Positions 40,812 through 51,441 of a stretch of DNA of 64,000 bases are shown here, piece after piece (position 1 is the first letter of the stretch; every line of letters begins with the position of its first letter). The DNA lies in NCBI RefSeq assembly GCF_018350175.1, contig NC_058369.1:12526001-12590000 (forward strand), read 5' to 3'. A program made the translations under genes and the position numbers. The notes under the pieces were generated by a model. It was not told the origin of the DNA, searched no databases, and worked only from the letters and a program-made list of their open reading frames with translations. The DNA is from Felis catus (taxonomy: Eukaryota).

Positions 40812-41088
40812 GTGTGGAGTCTGTCGGAGCAGGGGACCCTGCTGGAAGTTCTGGAAGGCGTCGGGGCCCCCGTGAGCCTGTTAGTCTGGGGTGGGGCCTT
40901 GGTGGCATCTGCTTCCCAGCAGTCCTCGTCTTTCAAAGTCTGGGATCTCACGTCTGTGCGGCAGCCGAGGGCCTCTACCCCGTTTCTGGATCGCACTGGC
41001 CTCACTGCGGTATCACACGATGGAAGCTATGTTTACTTCCCCAAGATTGGGGACAAGAACAAAGTCACCATTTGGGACTTAGCAGAAG
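40812..41088 (+). CDS. NWD1: NWD1 coding exon, WD40 (VWSLSEQG...VTIWDLAE)
   Basis: cctcag|GTG ... G|gtttgt; WD40 signatures. Confidence 0.93.
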
Positions 41089-41999
41089 GTTTGTAAGATA
41101 CAAGCACGGCCATTTGTGTGGGTAAGAACCAAAGCTCCTGTCCGGGACTGCTTGGGTTCTTTTAACCAGACACCAGAGACTGGGCGTTTTAAACGACAGA
41201 TGTTTACGTCTCACGGTTCTGGAGGCTGGGAAGGCCAAAGCCAAGGCCAAGGCACTGGCGGATCCGTGTCTGGTGACAGCCGGCTTCCTGGTTGCAGATG
41301 GCCACTTTCTCATTAGGTCCTCACGGAGTGCAAGCCCTCTTGTCCCCTGTATAAGGGCACTCATCCCATCGTGGGGGCTCCGCTCTCATGGCCAAATCAC
41401 CTCACAAAGCCTCCTGGCCAACGCCATCACATTATGGGCTGGGGTTTCGACACACAAATTTGAAGGGACACATTCAGGGGCTCCTGGGTGGCTCAGTCGG
41501 TTGAACGTCCGACTTTGGCTCAGGTCACGATCTCGCGGTCCGTGAGTTCGAGCCCCGTGTAGGGCTCTGGGCTGACTGCTCAGAGCCTGGAGCCTGTTTC
41601 ACATTCTGTGTCTCCCTCTCTCTCTGACCCACCCCGTTCATGCTCTGTCTCTCTCTGTCTCAAAAATAAATAAGCGTTGAAGGGACACATTCAGTCCATA
41701 GCACCCCCATAACTGTAGTCAGGTTGACAGTGGCTAATAAAAATCAGGACTTGATGTGATAAATTTCCAGCATGTGGGTAATTGACCATCTGGTTGTCAA
41801 TCCCTGGTTTCGTTTGGGTTTCCTGGAAGCAGGGCACGTGATGGGGAAGTTTGCACAAGGGGTATGTTGAGGGGAGCTCCGGGGAGAAACCTAAGCAGGG
41901 GTGATCAGAGCAGGCAGGGGCAGGGGGAGGGCTGAGCGAGCAGGTGGGGGAGGACCTAGACTGTAAACTGTACCTCAGAAGCAAGAGGTCTTGTCTTTT

Positions 42000-42651
42000 T
42001 ATTTATTTATTTTTTTTAATGTTTATTTATTTTTGAGAAACAGAGCCCAAGTGGGGGAGGGGCAAAGAGAGAGACACAGAATCTGAAACAGGCTCCAGGT
42101 TCCCGAGCTGCCAGCACAGAGCCCGACACGGGGCTCGAACTCACGAACCGCGAGATCATGACCTGAGCCGAAGTCGGACGTTCAATCGACTGAACCACCC
42201 AGGCACCCCTAGTCGTGTTTTTTTTTTTTTTTAATGTTTATTTATTTTTGAGACAGAGAGACAGAGAGACAGAGCATGAACAGGGGAGGGTCAGAGAGAG
42301 GGAGACACAGAATCCGAAACAGGCTCCAGGCTCTGAGCTGTCAGCACAGAGCCCGACGCAGGGCTCGAGCTCACAAACCTCGAGATCATGACCTGAGCTG
42401 ATGTCAGCCGCTCAACCGACTGAGCCACCCAGGCGCCCCTAGTCATGTTTTTTTTTTTTTAATGTTCGTTTATTTTCGAGAAACAGAGCACAAGTGGGGG
42501 AGGGGCAGAGAGAGAGACTCAGAATCCCAAGCAGGCTCCAGGCTCCAAGCTTTCAGCACAGAGCCTGATGCAGGGCTCGAACCCAGGAACCGCGAGATCG
42601 TGACCTGAGCCGAAGTCGGTAGCTTAACCGACTGAGCCACCTAGGCGCCCC
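42000..42651 (-). mobile_element. Three tandem, nested antisense CanSINEs
   Basis: Three SINE bodies joined by repeated ctagtc(g/a)tgtttttt. Confidence 0.85.
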
Positions 42652-43441
42652 AAGGGCTAGTGTTTTATATCCCCACATCAGGCAGTCACTGGCTACAGGC
42701 CGTTCTGGGTGGTGGGAGAACCCCCTAAGCATTTTGAGATGAGGGGCTCCCTTCACCTGAGGGCAGTGAGCAGCCTAGGGTCTGGGTGCCCTGGCCCGTA
42801 AAGGAGTCTGGACATGTCACCGACTGTGTCTGCTGTGATCTCCATGGGGGCGGATGGAGGTACAGAAATCCCTCTTTAACGATAATATGAGAAAAGAGAT
42901 TCACTCTCGGCCTCCTGCATTCATGAATTTGGCAGATGTTTGGTTAGTGCTGGCCACAGGGCCGGGCTCTGCGGTTGGCAGTGAGCAGGACAGACGAGGT
43001 GACCGTGCTTGAGGCCCTTGCTCACTAGTTGAGGGGCGGAGCCCGACGCGAAGCTAGGGGGCACGGTGGGAAATGAGATACAAGCCCGCAAACTGGGGCC
43101 CGCGGGCCAGATCGGACACACACTGCCTGCGTGCGGCCTGTTGGGGGGGCTTCAACCTCAGGGTTAAGAGGTTAAGGGTTAAGAGCATACAGCCTGCAAG
43201 GCAAAAAAAATTCACTCTCCAGCCCTTTACAGACGTTTGTAAAGGAAACATCTGGGATGAGAGCTCGCTCGTGTGTGTCCGCGTGTCCGTTGGTCCCGAT
43301 GGGGAGCAGGAAGTCATCAGAAAGTGTTAACCAGGGTGGGGGGAATACGGATAGTGAAAGCGGTTTTCAAAATCCTTAACGATTTGCGGAGCGAGCCCGT
43401 CCCTCTGAGCTGCTCCTGATGCGGCCTTCCCTCCGTGGCAG

Positions 43442-43992
43442 GTGAGGAGCAGGACGTCCTGGATGCCTCCAGTGAGGTCAGATGTCTGGAGGTGGCCCAG
43501 CAGGCCAATCTCCTTTTCACTGGCCTCGTTTCGGGGGTCGTCCTGGTGTTCCCCCTGAATTCCAGACAGGACGTGATGTGCATCCCCCCTCCCGAGGCCC
43601 GGAAAGCCATCAACTGCATGGCCCTCAGTCAAGGAGAGGAGCGCCTGGCCATCGCCTATGACAGCATCATCCTGGTGCTGGACATCAGCCCCGGGGATCC
43701 CTGTCCGGTTGTCGACGGGCCAACATACACCTTCTACACCCAGCTGCCCGAGACCATCTCCAGCGTGGCCGTCCTGGCTGACTACCGTGTGATCTACGGC
43801 ATGACCGACGGTGAGCTCTTCCTTTACGAGTGTGCGAATTCCAAAGTGTTCCCTCTGGAGGCCCACGGGAGCCGGGTCACCTGTGTGCAGGTCAGCCACA
43901 AGGAGCAGCTGGCGGTCAGCGGATCCGAGGAAGCCCTGCTGTGCCTCTGGGACCTACAGGCCTGCAAGTGGAGGTTCGAGACGAGCTACACG
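43442..43992 (+). CDS. NWD1: NWD1 coding exon, WD40 repeats (EEQDVLDAS...SGSEEALLCLWD...TSYT)
   Basis: tggcag|GT ... ACG|gtgcgt; frame consistent. Confidence 0.93.
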
Positions 43993-44094
43993 GTGCGTGG
44001 CCCACACACCTCGCGCAGGCTAGGTCCCGGCGTTAGAAAGCTGATGACAGGTGTCCTGTATTAAGTGCATACCGTGTGCCATCACCCAGGGTGG

Positions 44095-44522
44095 GGAGCA
44101 GGGTGGGGCCCGTGAGAGACACTCACCTCGGGAGCAGAGCTTAAGGGGCTGCCCCGAAACTCGGCAATCAAGAGAGACGCTATTTTAAGGCAGTGTTTAC
44201 AAAAATCGAAACAAATGCAAAAGATACGCAAGAGAACGAAATCTGTTAAAACATTTTTTTTTTTATTTTTGAGGGAGAGAGAGAGAGAGCGTGAATAGGG
44301 GAGGGGCAGAGAAAGAGGTAGACAGAGGATCCGAAGCGGACTCTGCGCTGACAGCAGAGAGCCCGATGCAGGGCTTGAACTCGCAAACTGCAAGATCATG
44401 CCCTGAGCTGAAGTCGGACGCTCAACCGACTGAGCCACCCAGATGCCCCAAGATACCATTTTAAATTAAGATCAGATCCTGCACGGCACACCCCGGCCTC
44501 ACCCTCCTTACCCTAATCCTGA
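44095..44522 (+). mobile_element. MER96B-like hAT remnant interrupted by a SINE
   Basis: agggtgggg...gtgagagacactcacctcggg...aatcaagagagac; related copies at about 16080-16285, 20715-21175, 53360-53700 and 61320-61510; family name from recall. Confidence 0.5.
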
Positions 44523-46441
44523 TAGCCATTCTTGTGCCCAAGAGTTTTGATTTCTAGGTGTGGCCAGAGGCCACGCCGTGCCGCCTCTCGGAGCCACGTT
44601 CTCAAGAGGGGAGACAGTGTGAGTTCTGTGAGGGCTCACAGAGGTGAGGGCTTTTGTGTTTTGCTTATGGAGGTGGCCCCCATCCCTAGGAGAGCTCCTG
44701 ACATGTCCTCAAGGCTCGACAAATGTTTGTGGGAAAGGGCTAGTGTGTAAGAAGAGCTTTGAGGAAAAATAGGACAAGGTAAAGGGGGTAGAGGCTGCTA
44801 TTTAAGAAAGTCAAATGAGCCTGGCGGAACAGCATTCTTGGCAGAAGGAACAGCAGCTGTGAAGGTCTGAAGAGGGAAACTGGCAACTGACTCCCTAACG
44901 TATAAAGTGTCTTAGAGTCCGTACTGCCCACCTCGTAAGGAGCTATTCTAGTTTTTTGTATCAATAGAATTAAGAGCTGCAATAAATATATTCATATATT
45001 CATATTATATACTATATGAAAATGCATATTAGAATATCCTTCTATAATGTAATCCCTACAACGATCTCATAAAGTTGGTGTTACTATTCCAGTCTTTCAA
45101 ATGGGGAACGAAGGCCAGACCTTTGGTTGTAAGATATAAAAATTATTCATAAACATAGGAAGATGATCTCGTAACTAAGAGAGATAGTACGTCTAATTTC
45201 ATCGTAAAAGACTTTTGTCCTGGCTCATTTAGTTCAACTCAGGTCATGATCTCGTGGGTTTGAGCCCTGCTTTGGGTTCTGTGCTGACAGCTCAGAGCCT
45301 GGAGCCTGCTTCAGATTCTGTCCCTCTCTCTCTGACCCTCCCCTCCACGCACTTTGTCTCTTTCTCAAAAAAATAAACATTAAAAAAAAAAAAAAAAGCT
45401 CCCATCCCATCTGACATTTATTTTTAGGAAGCCACTATAAGGCTGGGCTGTAAGTAACCTTTCATCTTGTTGAGTGGAAAATATCACCCCAGCAGTTAAA
45501 TACACCTAGCTCTTTCTTTTTTCCTTTTTCTATTTTTTTTTAAATTTTTTTTTAACGTTTATTTATTTTTGAGACAGAGAGAGACACAGAATGAACGGGG
45601 GAGGGGCAGAGAGAGAGGGAAACACAGAATCGGAAGCAGGCTCCAGGCTCTGAGCCATCAGCCCAGAGCCCGACGCGGGGCTCGAACTCACAGACCGCGA
45701 GATCGTGACCTGAGCCGAAGTCGGACACTTAACCGACTGAGCCACCCAGGCGCCCCCTTTTTTTTTAATTTGAGAGAGAGAGGGAGAGGGGCAAGGCAGA
45801 GACAGAGAGAGACTCTTAAGCAGGCTCCACGTGGAGCCATCACAGGGCTCGGTCCCACGACCCTGGGATTGTGACCTGAGCCCAGATCAAGAGTCAGACA
45901 CTCAACTGACTGAGCCCACCCACGCACCCTGTCATGTATTTATTTATTTATTTATTTATTTATTCATTTATTTATTCATTCCCTGTTTTTGTTTGTAAAT
46001 AAACTTCATCTTGGAATGGTTTTAGGTCTACAGAGTTGTAAAGATCGTACAAAGGTTCTCCTGTACACACTCCTCACCCGGCTTCCCCAATGTCGACCTC
46101 TTACGTGACTAGAGTACGTTAGTCACAACTAATGAGTTACCATGGGGACGGTGCTGTTAACTAAGCTACCAACCTGACTAGGATCACACATTTTTCAACG
46201 GATTTCCCTTTTCCGTTCTAGGCTCTAGGATGCCATGCTGCATTTAGCATATAGCATTTAATTAAAGACCATTGTAGCTGGGGCGCCTGGGTGGCTCAGT
46301 CAGCTGAGCATCCAACTCCAGCTCAGGTCATGATCTCATGGTTCATGGGTTCAAGCCCCGCATCAGTCTCTCTGCTGTCAGCACAGAGCCTGCTTCATAT
46401 CCTCTGTGCCCATCTCTCTCTGCCCCTCCCCCACTTGCGCA

Positions 46442-46480
<39 letters not shown>

Positions 46481-47017
46481 AAAAATACACATAAAAAAAA
46501 TACCACTATGGTTAATGCTTGTATAGTGGGGGTCACTTAAGTTAAAACTGATAGGGACGCCTGGGTGGCTCAGTCGGTTAAGTGTCCGACTTGGACTCAG
46601 GTCATGATCTCTTGGTTCACAGGTTCGAGCCCCACGTCGGGCTCTATGCTGGCAGCTCAGAGCCTGGAGCCTGCTTCATGGATTCTGTCTCCCTCTCTCT
46701 CTGCCCCTCCCCCACTCGTATTCTGTCTGTCTCTCTCTCAAAAATAAATAAAACATTTAAAAAAAAAGAAATTAAAACAGATAATTCCTGCTCTCCAATG
46801 CAAAATGCCTGTAAAGCTCTCAATCCCGTCCCTATGAAGATGTGTTTTGGTCCTGGGAATATCGGTCCTGCGATCTCTCCAGGGTTTCATTGGATCCGTC
46901 CTGCATGAGGGGCTTCCAAGGCCGGCTTCCTATGCAGATGCCTTGGTGACTCTCAGGCAGAGACTCATGCAGAGTCCTAGGTGACTCTGTTTGAAATCCA
47001 GATCACCTTGTCTTTTT

Positions 47018-47213
47018 TTTTTTTTTTAACGTTTTATTTTTAACAGAGACAGAGCGTGAGCCGGGGAGGGACAGAGACAGAGGGAGACACAGAATCTGAG
47101 GCAAGCTCTAGCCTCTCAGCATAGAGCCCAATGCAGGACTTGAACTCACAAACTGTGATCGTGTCCTGAGCTGAGGTCAGATGCTTGACTGACTGAGCCA
47201 CCCAGGTGCTCCA
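47018..47213 (-). mobile_element. CanSINE inserted in the acceptor region of the NWD1 exon at 47238
   Basis: TSD agatcaccttgtcttttt 47000-47017 / 47214-47231. Confidence 0.88.
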
Positions 47214-47237
47214 AGATCACCTTGTCTTTTTCAACAG

Positions 47238-47343
47238 AATTCTTACTGTAGAGGAGTCCAGTGTGTCTGCTTCTCCAAGGATGACAAGTACGTGTATGCG
47301 GGCTTGAAGGACCGCTCCATCATCGTCTGGAGTGTGCTGGATG
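47238..47343 (+). CDS. NWD1: NWD1 coding exon, WD40 (NSYCRGVQC...IVWSVLD)
   Basis: tcaacag|AAT ... G|gtgagt. Confidence 0.92.
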
Positions 47344-48888
47344 GTGAGTCATTTTGCTTTGAGGGCAAGACCGAGCTTAGATCTGGTGAGGAATGCCTTG
47401 TTCTGGGCTCTGGGCACTACAGGGCTCTGCTCTGGTCTCCCCTAGCTGGGTCCCTCTGGTTACAGAGGTGTCTGTGGGTCACAGGGACAGGCCCCCCCAG
47501 AGCTACACCTCCTCTTTTTAGACCCGTGCTCTGGATACTTGGAACATTCTCCCCACCTGGGAGGTGCCGTCTTTAGGGCCTGGGCAGCCCTCTTCTCCGG
47601 GTCCATCCTGCTGAGGGTGGACTGTGCCCCTAGTGTGAGCACCCCGGGACTTGGGGGGTGGCCATGGATGATGAGCCTGGAGTCTGGGTGCATGAGCTGG
47701 GTAGGCGGTTCACGTGCATATGTGTGAGGCCCCGAGGACTGTAGGATAAAGCTGAGTGAGGGAAGAGGAGGGGCCAAGCCACAAAGAGCGGGGGACTCTC
47801 GGACACCATGACTTTCCAGTATGGAACTGAGGACCCTGAGAATTCTCAACACAACATGACCTTCCAGGTGGTTCCGAAGACACATCCCTCAATGTAGGAG
47901 GACAGAGCATAGTTCACTGAATAGTTTATTGTCTAGATTTCCAACATTTACGCATTGGACCTTATAGGATGCGGGCCCTGATTCATTCTCTTGCCCCAGG
48001 CCCCCTAAACGATAGGGGCCAGCTTGCTTAAGACCAGCCACCTTGCAAACCTCCCAGCTCTCGGTGTGGTCAGTATTACCCTAAAGGCATATTAATGAGA
48101 GTTAACACTTCTTGTGTACGGGGTCCTGTTCCCGGGCCATTGAATTCCCTTGGCAGCCACCTCATTCTACAGAGCAAAAATTGAGGCTCTGAGAGGTGAG
48201 GTGACTGCCCAAGGTCACACAGTGACGCTCGTCTGCCTTTGTCGCCCTCCTACGTGATCTCCTATAGAGAAAGGAACCCTTCTGACCCTGGGCAGGGCGT
48301 CCGTGCCGTTAGCCACCCCCCCCCCCCCCCCACGTAACAAGTGATGAAGCTGAAGTTCAGGGGGCTTAAGAGATTTGCCCAAGGTCACAAAGCGCATGGG
48401 TGGGTGAATGGATATCAGGTCGACTGGAATACATTGTAACCAAATACACTGCAATCCGAGATGTAGCGTAGCTTAATGCTTGTGGCAAAGATCTGCAGGT
48501 TAAAAAAGTTACGGATGGCTCGGGCGCTGCAGTCTGCGGATTGCGGCCTTCAAAGCCCAGCCCGGGCAGGTGCACAACCTCTCTTTCTCCTCCTCCTCCA
48601 ATAATAACCTTTACCGAGCTCGCTCTGGGCTGAGACCGATACACCTGACACACTTAACATCTTGGAACCTTAGAATTCTCCTCAGCAGGCAGGTTCGGCT
48701 CTCATTCCCACATCGCCCACGAGGCGGGGGGGACTCCCAAGAGTTTAGACGTCGTCGTGCCTAAGCTAGTAAGAGGCATAGCAAGGATGTGACCCGCGCA
48801 GCCAACTCTCACGTGTGTGAGATTGGATCTCTGTGGCCCCCACAGTCTCATGTGTGCCCTGCTGTCCCCCCCACCCCCACCCGAAAAG

Positions 48889-49190
48889 GCACCCTGCTGG
48901 CTGTCCAGTTTGTCCACGCCATGGTGAACAGAATCATCCCAACTTCCAATGGCTTCATCGCCCCCACGAGACACGGCTATCTCATTCGGGAGCGTTTCCA
49001 GGACCCTTCGTCAAGAGCCTCGCAGCAGGACCCTCTCAAGAACTTCAAGAAGGCAGTGTGGAAGGTCAAATCCAGGCAGAGAGACGAAGCGGCGGCTGTC
49101 GCAGGAGGCCCCCAGGACTCGAGATCAGCAAGTGTCCAGGGAAATGCGTGCAAATCGAACAAACGCTCACAAGTCTGCCTGCTCGTGTAG
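48889..49190 (+). CDS. NWD1: NWD1 last coding exon (TLLAVQFVH...SQVCLLV*)
   Basis: ccgaaaag|GC; TAG at 49188-49190; matches the NWD1 C-terminus as I recall it. Confidence 0.9.
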
Positions 49191-50215
49191 AACCCCCTCC
49201 CCCATGGGGGCACGAGACGCCAGTGACTTAGCCCCCCTTCAGTCCAGTTGAAGCAAAGAGAATGTACGTGTTGATGTCTATCCGGACCCAAAGCCCCAGA
49301 TTATATGACTCAGACCCTGTTTCTCACCATCTTTCCACTCTGCTTTCCTGCTTGTTGGCTGGGTTCCCCCAGGAACCCGCCACCCCCAGGTTAGCAACAT
49401 GACGGCCAAGTTCAGTAGAAAAGAGACCTTCCCTTTGCCAGCAGTCTGAACCGAAGTGCTGGCCCCGATTCGATTGGCCCCAGTGGGCTCATGCACCTAT
49501 CTCTGGGTGAATGCAGTGCTGTGATTGGCCAGCCTGACCCAGTGTCCACCGGGGCTGGGGATGGAGTCAATATGGCCCAAGCATGTTGCCTGAGAACGGG
49601 AGGGACTGTGCCCGGGAGGGAAACTGGGGGGTGGTACAGGGCAAAGGGAGGATGGCTGGATGTAAGATTCACCAAACCACAGAGGTGGACCACAGAGCTT
49701 TATTGTTAATTTCTAAGCATCAGGTGCTATTGTCTGATCCTTATCACAGCCCACACTTCAGGGAGGGTAGGAGTTTCTGCATCCATTTCACAGACAAGGA
49801 AACCGAGCCTTGGCAGGTAGCTGTGATTTGCTCAAACTCTCAAGCCTGGGGTGCAGGGGCTCTGAGAGAAGAGAGCCAGGAACTTTCCCATCCCAGCCCT
49901 GAGCCACCTCGCTCCAATTTTAGTCTCAGAAGCGTGACTATCTGTACCACAGGTGACACACTCAAATGCCCACAGGGCCAGTGGATAATCTAGATGATGG
50001 CCAGGCACCCGGGTGAGCAGCAGAGAGTGATGGAGACCGTGGGGACGGGTGGAGGATATGTGCTCTGCCTGGGGCGGGCATGGGCACCCTGACTCTACCC
50101 CAGAATGGCCGCGGAGAAAGCCACTCATTGGTGCCAGCTTCCTGTTGTTGTAAACAAAGCCAGAAACCCAGACTCTCATGTCACATTTTCCCCATTCTTA
50201 AAAGTTAGCGACTGA

Positions 50216-50825
50216 TGGGAATGCAAGCTGGTGTGGCCACTCTGGAAAACAGTATGGAGGTTCCTCAAAAAACTAAAAATAGAACTACCCTACGACCCAG
50301 CAATGGCACTACTAGGCATTTACCCACGGGATACAGGTGTGCTGTTTCGACGGGACACATGCACCCCCATGTTTAGAGCAGCACCATCAACAGTAGCCAA
50401 AGTATGGAAAGAGCCCACATGTCCATCGATGGATGAACGGATAAAGAAGATGTGGTATATCTATACAATGGAGTATTACTCGGCAATCAAAAAGAATGAA
50501 ATCTTGCCATTTGCAACTACGTGGTTGGAACTGGAGGGTATTATGTTGAGTGAAATTAGTCAAAGACAAAAATCATATGACTTCACTCATATGAGGACTT
50601 TAAGATATAAAACAGATGAACATAAGGGAAGCAAAAATATATAAAAACAGGGAGGGGGACGAAGCATAACAGACTCATAAATATGGAGAACAAACTGAGG
50701 GTTACTGGAGGGGTTGGGGGGAGATGGGCTAAATGGGTCAGGGGCACTAAGGAATCTACTCCTGAAATCATTGTTGCACCATATGCTAACTAATTAGGAT
50801 GTAAATTAAAAAAAAAAAAAAAAAA
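50216..50825 (+). mobile_element. 5'-truncated carnivore L1 in the probable NWD1 3' UTR
   Basis: ORF2 C-terminal peptide, 3' UTR and poly(A); degenerate TSD aaaagttagcgactga 50200-50215 / aaaaggtaacgattga 50822-50837. Confidence 0.9.
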
Positions 50826-51435
50826 GGTAACGATTGACTCAAATTTACAACTACAGGCACATCTAGCCCGTGTGTCTCTAGTTCAGGAGCCGGCTTCGTG
50901 AGTCACGCCGCATGAAAATAACAAACCTGTCATAGCCTCTCCCCTCTGTCGGATTCCAGAGAGTTTCAGAACAAGCAGCCTTAGAAACAGAGGCTTCTAA
51001 GCTACATGTGACCCTACTGACTGTCTTATTCAGTAGTTTCCCAAACTAGGGTTCCCAAAAGGGCTTTGGCATTTGCGCGGATATGAGTATCAAATCCCAT
51101 TCTTAGAGCATATTTTAAACCGTAATTTAAAGATGCCTGTTCAGCTGGGTTAGGAAGCAGCTTTTAAGGTAGCGGAGATAACTAACTTAGGATTCTCCCG
51201 CCGTCTTCCTTTAACCAAGATTTTGAGGGGAGGCCTTGAAAAGACAGCGACTCGTGGCCACTCCTCTGTGGATCAGGGGTTTCACCCAACGCAGAAATAA
51301 AGTGGATGTCGTGACAGAGTGGAGACTTCAGCTACAACGTACGGTTTTAAATGTGTGCGCCCATCTCGACGGCCTCAGTGAGAATCCATCGTTGTTACGT
51401 AAATACTGATTTGAACATAGAAGAGAAATTTTACC

Positions 51436-51441
51436 AATAAA
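51436..51441 (+). terminator. Probable NWD1 polyadenylation signal (alternative AATAAA at 51296-51301)
   Basis: AATAAA in unique sequence followed by GU/U-rich tgaattgttgtact...gtttttg; implies a 3' UTR of about 2.3 kb. Confidence 0.5.
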
